The notes beneath the pieces are model-generated. The model was not told the origin of the DNA. It saw only the letters and a program-made list of their open reading frames with translations, and searched no databases. Below are positions 51,313 to 60,754 of a stretch of 64,000 nt of DNA, one piece after another. Position 1 is the first letter of the stretch; the number at the start of each line of letters is the position of its first letter. The DNA comes from Rectinemataceae bacterium. GTDB taxonomy: Bacteria > Spirochaetota > Spirochaetia > Treponematales > Rectinemataceae. A program made the position numbers and the translations under genes. Location: assembly GCA_049513895.1 (NCBI GenBank), contig JBEKVO010000005.1:13389-77388 (forward strand), written 5' to 3'.

Positions 51313-52286
51313 CGCGTCCTCATCGGGCCGAGATTCTTATCATAGCGTCGGCCGTCGTCACGGGCGCGATCTTTTTCGCATCGTGCTCATCGGCGCCCAA
51401 GCCCCCGGATGGGGTGTACGATGCGCGAAACAAGGCCGCCGAGCTCGCCAAGCTCGGCGACGGCTTCATGTCCAAGGCGCAGTACGCTTCCGCGCTCCAG
51501 TACTACGCCGACGCCCTAAAGGCTAACTCCGCGGTGGACGACCTCCTCGGCGTAGCCGCATCGCACGCGTCGATGGGCAGGGCCTATCTGGCAGCGGGCG
51601 AGGCGGATGCGGCCAAGCTCGAGTACGAGGCTTCCCTCGAGTACGCCCGCTTCTCCGGTTCGACCGAGGCTCAATCCGTCGCCAAGTCGGGTTTGGGAGA
51701 GATCGCCTTCGCCGGAGGTGCCAAGGCCGAGGCCCTCGCCTACTTCGAAGAGGCGATGTCGCTTGCTCCCGCCGTGGGAGCGGCGAAGGACGAGAAAGCC
51801 TTCGCCATAGCGCTGCACGACGCCGCCGTCGCGAAGGCCGCTCTGGGGCGAGCTCCCGAGGCGATAGTCGACCTCGAGCGGGCTCAGGGCATGAACCTCA
51901 AGGCGAAGCGCTGGGTCGAGCTGGGGGCGAACCGTTACGCCCTCGCCTCGGCGCTGTCGGGCGAGGGCCGCACGAGCGAGGCGCTCGGGGCCGCCCTCGG
52001 CGCCCTGGACGCGGACAAGCGCGCCGAGAACGCGAGGGCCGTGCCCCTCGACCTTGCGGCCGCCGCGAGCCTGTGCAACAAGCTGGGCAGGGGCGCCGAT
52101 GCCTGGGATTATTGGCATAGGTCCTTCGACTCCGCCCTGTCGGCCGACGATGCCTCCTCCGTGCGGAAGGCGCTCAACGCGTTGGTCGAACTGGCCCCGA
52201 AATTGAAAAAAAACGGAGCGCGTTATGCGGCGCTTCTCGATAAACTCGACCAGGCCGAGGGGAAGACGAGTACCGATTCCCCTTAG
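51309..52286 (+). CDS. TPR-repeat lipoprotein
   Basis: Lipobox FFASCS; repeated A-x-x-Y-Y/A-L-G TPR-like helices; translationally coupled to mlaD-like gene. Confidence 0.65.
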   Translation: MTRPHRAEILIIASAVVTGAIFFASCSSAPKPPDGVYDARNKAAELAKLGDGFMSKAQYASALQYYADALKANSAVDDLLGVAASHASMGRAYLAAGEADAAKLEYEASLEYARFSGSTEAQSVAKSGLGEIAFAGGAKAEALAYFEEAMSLAPAVGAAKDEKAFAIALHDAAVAKAALGRAPEAIVDLERAQGMNLKAKRWVELGANRYALASALSGEGRTSEALGAALGALDADKRAENARAVPLDLAAAASLCNKLGRGADAWDYWHRSFDSALSADDASSVRKALNALVELAPKLKKNGARYAALLDKLDQAEGKTSTDSP

Positions 52287-52295
52287 CGCTTCGTA

Positions 52296-52544
52296 TTACA
52301 CGACGATGTATTTGGCGCTGGTCTCGGGCAAGGCGTCGAGTTTCTGTACCATCTGTCGGATCTCGGGCTCCTCTCCGACGACTTCCATAAGGACGAGGCC
52401 AGCGGGTGAACAGGCGTCGGTCGGCGTGTCGTGGAGGCCCAACCTGACTTTGATAAAGCAGCCATGCTCGGTAAGGATTCGTTGCATGTCTTGCGCGACA
52501 CCCTCCCGGTTCCCGACTTTCACCGCGACGATCTTGTAGTCCAT
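52296..52544 (-). CDS. Small ACT-like protein, TM1266 family (putative iron-only hydrogenase system regulator)
   Basis: 82 aa, MDYKIVAVKVGNREGVAQDMQRILTEHGCFIKVRLGL... resembles TM1266-type proteins; tentative. Confidence 0.45.
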   Translation of the reverse strand: MDYKIVAVKVGNREGVAQDMQRILTEHGCFIKVRLGLHDTPTDACSPAGLVLMEVVGEEPEIRQMVQKLDALPETSAKYIVV

Positions 52545-52558
52545 ATGGTCCTCCGTCC

Positions 52559-53212
52559 CTATTGCGTATAACCCAGCTGCATGATGAATAAGGGCGATTC
52601 TTCTTTTGTGAGCCTTGCCGCTTCCGCCACCGCGGCGGGATTCACATTGAACATTACGATCGAAGCGAGCTTCAGCCCGGCGGCCGCCAGAGCGATGTTT
52701 TCGGCGCCGTAGCTGGCCGTTGCCATGGCCATATCCTTGCCCGCGGCGGGGTTTCCCTTGACGAAAACGGGAAGCTTGGCGGAATCATAGGTAAAGAGCA
52801 GCATGAACGCCGACGTGGCTATGTTCTCGCTCGTGATGCTGCCGCGTTCGTCCTTGGCGGCAAGCTGCTTTAATAGATTGCTCTCGGGAAGGTAGCGATA
52901 CACGCCTTTGGCGGTCAGCACGTAGAGGTTAATGTAGTTGACGTCGCCAGAGACGGGGAAGGTGCCGCCAGCCTTGGAGGCGGAGGAGATCGCGTCGGGG
53001 CTTCTTTTCAGGCCATTGCCCGCCCAGACGATAGTCGAAAGATCCGCAACCGGTACGTCTCTCTGCACGAAGGCCCGCGCGGCAACCCGCGCCCTGATGG
53101 CGTCGAGCAGATCCACGCCAAGCTTGGCCGGCGGCTTACTCAGGCTGATGTCCTGGCTGAAGATAAGCGTCGCGCTTAGGGCCATACCAAGGACCAAAAT
53201 GCTTTTATTCAC
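52559..53212 (-). CDS. Secreted nitroreductase-family protein
   Basis: AAGGAGG RBS 5 nt before GTG 53212; signal peptide; RARVAARAF...STIVWAGNG and C-terminal nitroreductase-fold pattern. Confidence 0.6.
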   Translation of the reverse strand: MNKSILVLGMALSATLIFSQDISLSKPPAKLGVDLLDAIRARVAARAFVQRDVPVADLSTIVWAGNGLKRSPDAISSASKAGGTFPVSGDVNYINLYVLTAKGVYRYLPESNLLKQLAAKDERGSITSENIATSAFMLLFTYDSAKLPVFVKGNPAAGKDMAMATASYGAENIALAAAGLKLASIVMFNVNPAAVAEAARLTKEESPLFIMQLGYTQ

Positions 53213-53300
53213 GTAATCCTCCTTATCGAGGCACCAAATTTTCGAAGACCGTCTCATATAGTATATAGAACTCGGCGATGGTCTTGGCAAGATTTAAAAA

Positions 53301-53993
53301 TTATTCGGGTCCTATCAGAGTTCCCACGAAGCTTTCGCCCTCGAGTATGCGACGGATATTGTCGAGGTCGCGGCCGGCCGCGCATATGACGGAGAGACCG
53401 AGGTCGGCGGCCTTGCGTGTCGCGATCGGGTCGAAGGGGAGGTTCTTGCCGGGGCTCCACTCGTCGCCGACTATGGCGCGGAAGCCGGCCCAGGAGATCG
53501 CGTCGATCGGCTTGGCCGAAGGGTCGATTCGGGGATCGGAGCTGTAGACTTTCGCGATGTTGGAAAGGTTGAGCACTCGGGTCGCGCCGAAACGCTCGGC
53601 GAGGAGGACTGCGTCGTAGTCGGTGGAGAAGCCGGGTTTCCAGCCGGCGGCGACGAGGACTCTTCCCATGAAAATGGTCAGGGAAGTCGGGTCGATGGTC
53701 ACGTCCTGGGGGCAGAGGGGGCCTAGGAGGGCCTTCACGAGCTGGGCGTTGAGGCGCGTTGCCATTATGCCGATCCAGTCCTGGGCGTCGTGCTCTTGAA
53801 CAGGGCCGCCGGACTCTCGGTAGGCTCGCTGCCAGGCGCGCGCCGGGCCGCCGCCGCCCACGACGAGGATGAGCCTGCGCTCGGGGGAGACGGCGAGGTG
53901 CTCGCGAACGAGGGCGATAAAGGAGGAGAGGAAGGCGGAATCCGGACCTTCGGGCGCTACGATCGAGCCGCCAAGGGAAAGTACTGTAGTCAT
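53301..53993 (-). CDS. pyrH: Amino-acid-kinase family protein, archaeal-type UMP kinase-like
   Basis: LSLGGSIV, LVVGGGGPAR glycine-rich motifs, ~230 aa. Confidence 0.5.
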   Translation of the reverse strand: MTTVLSLGGSIVAPEGPDSAFLSSFIALVREHLAVSPERRLILVVGGGGPARAWQRAYRESGGPVQEHDAQDWIGIMATRLNAQLVKALLGPLCPQDVTIDPTSLTIFMGRVLVAAGWKPGFSTDYDAVLLAERFGATRVLNLSNIAKVYSSDPRIDPSAKPIDAISWAGFRAIVGDEWSPGKNLPFDPIATRKAADLGLSVICAAGRDLDNIRRILEGESFVGTLIGPE

Positions 53994-54041
53994 GCGGGAA
54001 TGATAGCCCCGCGGGCCGATCTCGTAAAGCGCGACCGATGC

Positions 54042-55172
54042 TCAGAAGCCATCGGGAGACGCGAAGAAATCGTCATCGCTCGAGAAGGCTTCGCCGTCGG
54101 GGTCGCGCTGTCGGAACAGTTCCTCGATATAGCGGTAACGGGCGACTTGCGTGGCGAGCTTCTCGCGCTCGGCCCGCACCGATTGTATGAAATCGCCCGC
54201 GGTTTGGCCGGGCCGGATATCCCGTCTCTCGTCAGCCGTTCCCGCGATGGCGTCGGATATCTCGTCCACTCTGTAATAGACGCGCTCGAATACGAAGAGG
54301 ATTTTCCTGATATTGAGGAGGTAGCCCGCGATTTCCTTCTTCTCGCGCATAACCGCCGGATTGAGGGGATTGATCTTGGCTCCGGTTCTGTCCTCCTCGG
54401 CCCATTTTTTTGCCGTCGGCGACTTTTGGAAGGGATCGTAGGCGGCCGCGAATTCAGCCGAGAGATCGGCATAGCGCGTGGCATAATCGGCGAGAGCGCG
54501 GGGCGCGTCGGCCCTGAATGCAGCGATTTCGTCCGTTATCCACCTCTGGCTGAAACCCCTGACCGAGGATACGGCGACGGGAAGGAACCGAAGCCGCTCG
54601 CCGGGCCGTTTTTCGAGGACCTTGCCCGCGCTCACCTCGACCTCTTCCATGCCGTCGTTCACGGCTACCTTGCTCTCCATGCAGGTGACCAGAACGGCCT
54701 GTTGGGCATTGGCGCTCGCATCGTCGGCATTGATCGACACGACGACCTCGTATTCGGTCCCGCGCACGGCCATCACGGCGCTACTCGAGGTCACGGTTAC
54801 CGTAGGGCTGCTTCCCGTGAGCTTGTTCACCTTGGAGCCGATGGCGCCGGTTAGAATCTGTATCTGTGTGCGGGGCTCGCCTTTGACGTCGTCCAGGTTG
54901 ATATAGAGGGAAGATCTCGGTCGGACGGTGATTTTCCCGTTCATGCCGGTGTTCTTGTCCATCGCGATTATGAGCATACCGTCGCCCTGTGTCTTGATGA
55001 AGTCGCCGGAGAGGATCGGGTCGCCGATGTTGGGAGCCGAGATTACCTTGCCTCCTCTGCCGATGGTAACTACGCCTTCCGCATAGTCGATACCGCCGAC
55101 TTTGGGAGAGGATAGCGCTGCGACCGCCATGGTTGAAATAAAGAGGAGGGCGCCGATGATGAGTTTTCTCAT
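54042..55172 (-). CDS. FecR-domain protein with signal peptide
   Basis: ILSGDFIKTQGDGMLIIAMD...VTVRPRSSLYI...AVMAVRGTEYEV pattern of FecR/PF04773. Confidence 0.65.
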   Translation of the reverse strand: MRKLIIGALLFISTMAVAALSSPKVGGIDYAEGVVTIGRGGKVISAPNIGDPILSGDFIKTQGDGMLIIAMDKNTGMNGKITVRPRSSLYINLDDVKGEPRTQIQILTGAIGSKVNKLTGSSPTVTVTSSSAVMAVRGTEYEVVVSINADDASANAQQAVLVTCMESKVAVNDGMEEVEVSAGKVLEKRPGERLRFLPVAVSSVRGFSQRWITDEIAAFRADAPRALADYATRYADLSAEFAAAYDPFQKSPTAKKWAEEDRTGAKINPLNPAVMREKKEIAGYLLNIRKILFVFERVYYRVDEISDAIAGTADERRDIRPGQTAGDFIQSVRAEREKLATQVARYRYIEELFRQRDPDGEAFSSDDDFFASPDGF

Positions 55173-55227
55173 TGCGATTCGCTCCTTGGGCGAGCTTCCT
55201 GTCCGGAAGCGGCACTCGACAAATATA

Positions 55228-56400
55228 CTATATCTTCACGCCCAAGAACCACTTGGGCCAGACGGTGAATCCCCCGTCGAATAGAGAGCCTCTCCAGCCT
55301 TCGCCAGCTTTTAGGGCCTGGGGAACCCGGTTGCCGAGGGCGTCTACGTCGATATCCGCCTTGACACCGCCGATTATCTGAAAATGCCTGCCGATGGGCA
55401 GACCGGCTGTGAGCCTGATGGAGGGATAGGGTTTCAGCATGCTCCAACCTTCCCACGCTCTCCAATCCCCGGACCAGTCGAAGGTCTTATAGGGCAGGGT
55501 GCCGATAGGCTGCTCGGCGGATATGTCGAGGTCCAGGTCGAGGCCGAACCAATGCGTTCGCGAGCCCAGGCCGAAGCTGGCTACGAAACTCGTGAAGTCG
55601 CTCAACCAATCGCCCGAGGGCGCGCCCACTCCGGCGACCGTGTATAAAGCCGGCGCGCCCGCCTGCCAGTGCGCGTAGGCGTAGCCGGTAATAGGCTCAT
55701 AGGAGACGCCGATGGAATCGACGCCGTTGCCCGCGATGTTTACCAGGCCGATCTGAACGCCGTCGATATGGCGAGCGACGTTGACTAATCCGACTTGGAT
55801 ACCGGCGACGCGGTCGGCCTTGTTGAAGAGGCCGGCCGCCTGACCGCCCGCAACGCTGACCGCGATGTTGAAGATGCCCGCGCCCTGGAAGCCGTATATC
55901 TCCTCGACGATGTTGAACACCCCGGCTGCCTGGAAGGGGGCGCGAACTATGCCCGCGATGTTAAAAACCCCTGCGCTCTGTAAGCCGGAGAGCTTTCCCT
56001 GCGAGATGTTGAAGACCCCTGCGCCCTGGAAGCCGAGTACGTCTCTCGAGATATTGAAGACGCCCGCCCCTTGGATGCCTCGGACGTCCCTAGAGATATT
56101 GAAGACACCCGAGCCTTCGGCTCCCTCGATGTCTCGGGTGATGCTGCCTATCGCCCCGGCGGCGAGAGAGCTGTCGTAATAGCCGAAGGGGAATGAAATT
56201 CCGGGAACGAAGGAGATCAGGATGGGAGTGTAGGGGACTTCGCTTGGAGATTCGGCGCCGGGGCCCTTGTCTCGCAAGTACTTGGACCGGGCGGAATCGA
56301 GCGCCCGCCGTTCGGATGGCTCGCCCGATTCCTGAGCGAAAGCGATTCCGACTTGGAAAAACAGCACTGTCAGGGCGATGATGGATAGGATGCGTTTCAT
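55228..56400 (-). CDS. Secreted repeat protein (about nine ~15-aa G-x-Q-x-A-G-V/L-F-N-I repeats) with C-terminal beta-barrel-like domain
   Basis: Signal peptide MKRILSIIALTVLFFQVGIAFA at ATG 56400; the 5' extension of track ORF to 56913 runs antisense through mtfA and is rejected. Confidence 0.7.
   Translation of the reverse strand: MKRILSIIALTVLFFQVGIAFAQESGEPSERRALDSARSKYLRDKGPGAESPSEVPYTPILISFVPGISFPFGYYDSSLAAGAIGSITRDIEGAEGSGVFNISRDVRGIQGAGVFNISRDVLGFQGAGVFNISQGKLSGLQSAGVFNIAGIVRAPFQAAGVFNIVEEIYGFQGAGIFNIAVSVAGGQAAGLFNKADRVAGIQVGLVNVARHIDGVQIGLVNIAGNGVDSIGVSYEPITGYAYAHWQAGAPALYTVAGVGAPSGDWLSDFTSFVASFGLGSRTHWFGLDLDLDISAEQPIGTLPYKTFDWSGDWRAWEGWSMLKPYPSIRLTAGLPIGRHFQIIGGVKADIDVDALGNRVPQALKAGEGWRGSLFDGGFTVWPKWFLGVKI
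55725..56140. repeat. Tandem ~45-bp coding repeats inside the secreted repeat protein gene
   Basis: e.g. GAGATGTTGAAGACCCCTGCGCCCTGGAAGCC / GAGATATTGAAGACGCCCGCCCCTTGGATGCC / GAGATATTGAAGACACCCGAGCCTTCGGCTCC at 56003-56138. Confidence 0.7.
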
Positions 56401-56556
56401 GACTCTCCCCTTCAGGCGAGATTGTAGTCGCGCCTCCGAAAGGGAGCGCGCGCCCTGTAAAAATACCGCAACTTCGACAAAAAAACATACTGTCACGCAT
56501 TCCGAAACACCGAGTGCCTGTTGATCTGTTACCGCACGGCGGCTATTCTGAGGGCC

Positions 56557-57369
56557 ATGAGTTTTTTTTCGCCCTTTCGGGCGGCGCGTCGCAGGCGCAT
56601 ACTCGAGCGTTCCCCCATAAATGAAGAGCTTTGGGAATGGGCGATCAAGGAACACAGAATATTCCACTGGCTCGATGAAACGGACCGTGCGAGGCTCCGT
56701 GAGCTTTCGACGATCTTCCTCGCGGAAAAGCTTTTCGACCCCGTCGGCGGCGTCGAGCTGGATGATGAGCTCAAGGTCTCCATCGCCTCCCAGGCCTGCC
56801 TGCCAATCCTCGGCCTCGATATGGATTGGTATTCCGACTGGTCGACTATCATCGTCACGCCGAGGGAATACGACGTCAAGAAACGCGACGTCGACGACGC
56901 TGGCGTCGTCCACGAGTACGACGACGAGTTTTCCGGCGAGGCCTTCGATCTCGGGCCCGTGGCCCTATCCCGCGTCGACGTGGAAGCGTCGGGTTGGGGC
57001 GATGGCTATAATGTCGTGATTCACGAGATGGCGCACAAGCTCGACGGCAGGGACGGCGCCTACGACGGTTGTCCGCCTCTTCATAGCGGCATGGATTACG
57101 GCGCCTGGCGCGACGCCTTTCGCCCGGCCTACGAGGCGCTTCGCGCGTCCCTCGAGCGGCCGACCCCGCGCCGCGGACGAAGTTCCCGCGCGAAGCGGGG
57201 GCCGCGCATCGATTCCTACGCCGCCGAATCTCCCGACGAGTTTTTCGCGGTGACGACCGAGTATTTCTTCGAGAAGCCCGCCCTTCTCCGCTCGGAGTAT
57301 CCCGAGGTGTTCGCGCAGCTCGCTCTGTTTTTCAGACGAGATCCGACGGCGGGCATACGATCGCGCTAA
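56557..57369 (+). CDS. mtfA: MtfA (Mlc titration factor A) zinc peptidase family protein
   Basis: VIHEMAHKLD zinc motif, C-terminal DEFFAVTTEYFFEKP. Confidence 0.8.
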   Translation: MSFFSPFRAARRRRILERSPINEELWEWAIKEHRIFHWLDETDRARLRELSTIFLAEKLFDPVGGVELDDELKVSIASQACLPILGLDMDWYSDWSTIIVTPREYDVKKRDVDDAGVVHEYDDEFSGEAFDLGPVALSRVDVEASGWGDGYNVVIHEMAHKLDGRDGAYDGCPPLHSGMDYGAWRDAFRPAYEALRASLERPTPRRGRSSRAKRGPRIDSYAAESPDEFFAVTTEYFFEKPALLRSEYPEVFAQLALFFRRDPTAGIRSR

Positions 57370-57755
57370 GCCTTGCGGACGTAGAGGGGAGACGTGAGGG
57401 CCTCGCGGCCGTCCACCGACAGGGTGATGCCGATCGTTCCTTCGCGGCTCATGGGCGTGCTCACGAAGTTGAAGACGCTATGGACCACGCGGGAGGAGCC
57501 CGAGAAATCGCCCACCGTCAGCTCTCCTTCGATGGGATGGACGATCTCGGAGCCGTCGGGGCCCGCGAACTCGATCTTTATCGGGTGAGAGCCCTCCTCG
57601 TGGATGTAGAAGCGCAGGCGCACGGCGAGGCACATGAAGGGGTGCACGGCCGGGAACTGCCTCGCGAAGACCGTGTCGAAGGCGCCCACGATGGTGAGCT
57701 TGCCGCCGCTTTCCTGGGCATAGTCGCACAACGTGAAGATATCCACGTGCATCAC
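57366..57755 (-). CDS. Hypothetical protein
   Basis: 129-aa ORF, 4-nt overlap with upstream GGDEF gene. Confidence 0.5.
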   Translation of the reverse strand: MMHVDIFTLCDYAQESGGKLTIVGAFDTVFARQFPAVHPFMCLAVRLRFYIHEEGSHPIKIEFAGPDGSEIVHPIEGELTVGDFSGSSRVVHSVFNFVSTPMSREGTIGITLSVDGREALTSPLYVRKA

Positions 57756-58801
57756 TGCTTCCCCTCGAAGTCCAATGCCGCCAGGAGGTTCTCGCCTATC
57801 GCGAGGGGACCGACCTTCCTGCGGTAGAGGTCCTTGTCCGACTCGCGAAAGAGCTCGTCGAAATCGGCCTCGCCCGAGCTGTGTACGCCCAGGGACACCG
57901 AGAAGGGCGGTATGTGCGCCGCTCCCACCTTGGATAGGGCCTCCTCGAACCTCGTTCTCGCGATCTCGGCGTCCTCGCTTCCCGTGGCCGGCAAAAGGAC
58001 GAGGAACTCGTCGCCTCCATATCGGGCGAGGGAGTCCGCGCCCCGCATCGCGAGCGAGAGCGTCTGCGCGACCGTCCTGAGCACCTCGTCGCCCGCCGCG
58101 TGCCCGAAACCGTCGTTGATCGCCTTGAAGCGGTCGATGTCGGCGAGCACTACCGAGAGTTCTCCGCCGTAGCGTGCACGCCTGGCCGTCTCGCGGCCGA
58201 TCGCCCGGTCGAGACCGCGGCGGTTGAGGACATTGGTGAGAGGGTCTCGCTCGGAGACTCGGCGCGCCTCGGCGAGGTAGTAGGACTTCTCCACGGCGAT
58301 CGCGGCAAAGTCGGCGATAGTGGAAAGTACGCGCATGTCGAAGGCGGAGAAGTGCTCGCCGTTCAGGCGGTTGAGCAGCTCGATGACGCCAAAGACCTTA
58401 TCGCCGGAGCGCAGGGGCACGGCGATGATGGATTCGGTCTTGAAGCCGGTTAGGGCGTCGAGGCGTTCCGACCAGCGCGGATCCTCGGTGGGATTCTCGA
58501 TAACGGCGCTCGAGCCCCGTTGGGCCACCCATCCGGCCACCCCCTCGCCCAGCGCGACGCGCTGTCCCGTCAGGGCCTCGGCCGCGCGGCCCACGACGCG
58601 GGCGAAGACGAGCTCGTTCTTGGCCGAGTCCACGAGGAGGAGGGACCAGTTGGTGGGACCGAAGAAAGAGCCGATGTGCTCCATTACTCGGTCGAGGACG
58701 CCGCGGATGCTTCTCTCCGCGACGATGCTCGTGCCGATGGCCGAGAAGACCGAGAGACGAATGAGGTCGTCCATGTCCGGTTCGCCTTCATTTTCAGACA
58801 T
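57752..58801 (-). CDS. GAF domain-containing diguanylate cyclase
   Basis: GAF region then RYGGDEFLVLLP (GGDEF) active site; GGAGG RBS before ATG 58801. Confidence 0.85.
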   Translation of the reverse strand: MSENEGEPDMDDLIRLSVFSAIGTSIVAERSIRGVLDRVMEHIGSFFGPTNWSLLLVDSAKNELVFARVVGRAAEALTGQRVALGEGVAGWVAQRGSSAVIENPTEDPRWSERLDALTGFKTESIIAVPLRSGDKVFGVIELLNRLNGEHFSAFDMRVLSTIADFAAIAVEKSYYLAEARRVSERDPLTNVLNRRGLDRAIGRETARRARYGGELSVVLADIDRFKAINDGFGHAAGDEVLRTVAQTLSLAMRGADSLARYGGDEFLVLLPATGSEDAEIARTRFEEALSKVGAAHIPPFSVSLGVHSSGEADFDELFRESDKDLYRRKVGPLAIGENLLAALDFEGKQ

Positions 58802-58859
58802 TTTGCCTCCGGTTACGAATATGCCTTGTCCGTTGTCCGGAGGCAAGGTGCGGTCGCGT

Positions 58860-59246
58860 TCAATCGGCACTGGAAAAGTAAGAGTAAATGAGGATCTCCG
58901 CGAGGACGTAGAACAGGGCTATGCCCGATTGTATAAGCTTATGCTTCGTGTTTATCCCGAAATCCATCTTGACGAGACGCTCGATGAGGTAGACCCACGA
59001 ATAGAATATCGCCGTGCCGGAATAGATGAGGAGGAAGTAGGATAGGAAGCATTTCCGGTCCATCGGCGCCGCCCGCACGGGCGTCGGGAAGGCCTGGGGC
59101 ATGAGGGGGAGCGGAAGCTTCCTTTTCCTGAACGCGGCCTCGAACTTCGATCTTCGATCGGCGTCGAGCGTGTAGTACCCGTTGATGTAACGGCTCACGA
59201 GCTCGAGCCTCGAAAGCCTGTCCGGGTCGCACGGCATCATTTCCAT
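58860..59246 (-). CDS. Hypothetical small membrane protein
   Basis: Two hydrophobic helices in the C-terminal half. Confidence 0.45.
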   Translation of the reverse strand: MEMMPCDPDRLSRLELVSRYINGYYTLDADRRSKFEAAFRKRKLPLPLMPQAFPTPVRAAPMDRKCFLSYFLLIYSGTAIFYSWVYLIERLVKMDFGINTKHKLIQSGIALFYVLAEILIYSYFSSAD

Positions 59247-59355
59247 GACGACGCGCTCCTGTATAAAGTATTACGCATGGCGCCGGACTTGTCATTAGTC
59301 GCAGCGACTGAGTATCTTTCGCTGCGCGAGCGCGAGAAGGTCAGGAGGCTCGAGA

Positions 59356-60636
59356 ATGGGCGAGAGAAAACGCAATCGGCTCGGCAGCATATCCCTCGCC
59401 GCGGCGATCGGGGGCTTCCTTGTCGTCGAGCTCCAGCCATGGCTGGCCCTCGCCTCCGTCGCGCTTTTCGGGGGGCTGTCCCTCAAGGGCCTCCTCGAGG
59501 CCTTCTTCGCGGCTTCCATGGCGGGCGCCTTCGCCGATTGGTACGCGGTTACCGCCCTTTTCAAGGACCCACTCGGTATACGCCTCCCCCATACGAATAT
59601 CCTCGCCAAAAACAAGGACGCCATCGCCGATGCCATTCCCCGCTTTCTTACCGGCTTCGTGAACTCCAGGGCCATTTCCGATGAGCTCGGGAAGATCGAC
59701 TACGCCTCCAAGGCCGCCGAGGCGCTATCGGCGGGCGGTTCGCGGGAGGAGCTGCATTCTTTCCTGCGGATCAGGGCCGCCGAACTCCTTTCGGCCTACG
59801 GCGGCGGCGACGCGAACAAGTCGGCGGTTCTTCGACGCTTCGTGGACGAGATACTCGGCTTCGTCTCCGAAAACGTCGATGCGCCGGCCGAGGCCACGGT
59901 TCTCCTCTCCTGGGCGAGGAAGGAGGGCTTCGACGAGAGGGCGGTGGAAGCGATCGCGGAGTACGTTCGCTTGGAGACGGGGCGGAACCGCGTCAGGCTC
60001 GTCGCGATCCTCACGCCGCTAATAAGGCGCAACGCTGGCTGGCAGGGCCTGTTCATCGGCGCGGGCACGGTCGACCGTTTTCTCGTGGGCATCCAGGAAG
60101 AGCTCTCCGCCATTAAGGCCGACAAGGCCAACGAGCTCAGGCGCTATATTCTCGCCTCGATTTCGACCTACGCGGACGAGCTGGCGGGCGATGGGTTCGC
60201 GAAAGAGGAGTTGTCGAAGGCCTTCCGCGAGGTGCTGGCAGGCGAGGGCTTCCGCCGCGGTTTTGCGCTCTTCGTCGCGCAGTTCCTCTCCCGCCTCGGC
60301 GAGGACCTCTCCGGTGTCGATGGCCGTTTCATTCCTTCGCTGGAGCGCGTCGAAAACGCGCTCGTCGCGCGGCTTTCCGGCGACGCGGAGCTGCGCGCGG
60401 GGTTCAACTCGATGGTCGCTTCCTTGATCGGGGGCGTCCTCGAGCGCGGGCGCGTCGTCGAGGGAATCACCGAGTATCTATCGAAGCTCCTACGGTCGAC
60501 CGACGAGCGCTACTTCGTCGAAAAAATCGAAGAGTCCGTGGGAGACGACCTGCAATACATCCGCGTGAACGGCGCCGTAGTCGGCGGCCTGGTGGGCCTC
60601 GCGATGGCAATCATCAAGGCGGCGCTGAGCATTTAA
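59356..60636 (+). CDS. DUF445 domain-containing membrane protein
   Basis: FADWYAVTALFKDPLGIRLPHTNILAKNKDAIADAIPRFL hallmark of DUF445. Confidence 0.75.
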   Translation: MGERKRNRLGSISLAAAIGGFLVVELQPWLALASVALFGGLSLKGLLEAFFAASMAGAFADWYAVTALFKDPLGIRLPHTNILAKNKDAIADAIPRFLTGFVNSRAISDELGKIDYASKAAEALSAGGSREELHSFLRIRAAELLSAYGGGDANKSAVLRRFVDEILGFVSENVDAPAEATVLLSWARKEGFDERAVEAIAEYVRLETGRNRVRLVAILTPLIRRNAGWQGLFIGAGTVDRFLVGIQEELSAIKADKANELRRYILASISTYADELAGDGFAKEELSKAFREVLAGEGFRRGFALFVAQFLSRLGEDLSGVDGRFIPSLERVENALVARLSGDAELRAGFNSMVASLIGGVLERGRVVEGITEYLSKLLRSTDERYFVEKIEESVGDDLQYIRVNGAVVGGLVGLAMAIIKAALSI

Positions 60637-60754
60637 CCGCCAGCCTCCAGCCCCTCCCGATAATGAGCGACGCGACGTGGCGGGCGGATCGGATGCCATC
60701 GGGGGAATGCCATGATGGACCGCGCCGCCCCCTATCGGTTGCGCTCGTCCGGAT

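Noticed and set aside
56401-56913. N-terminal 170-aa extension of ORF 55228..56913 (-)
   Set aside because: It runs antisense through the well-supported mtfA gene. A signal peptide with its own ATG begins at 56400.
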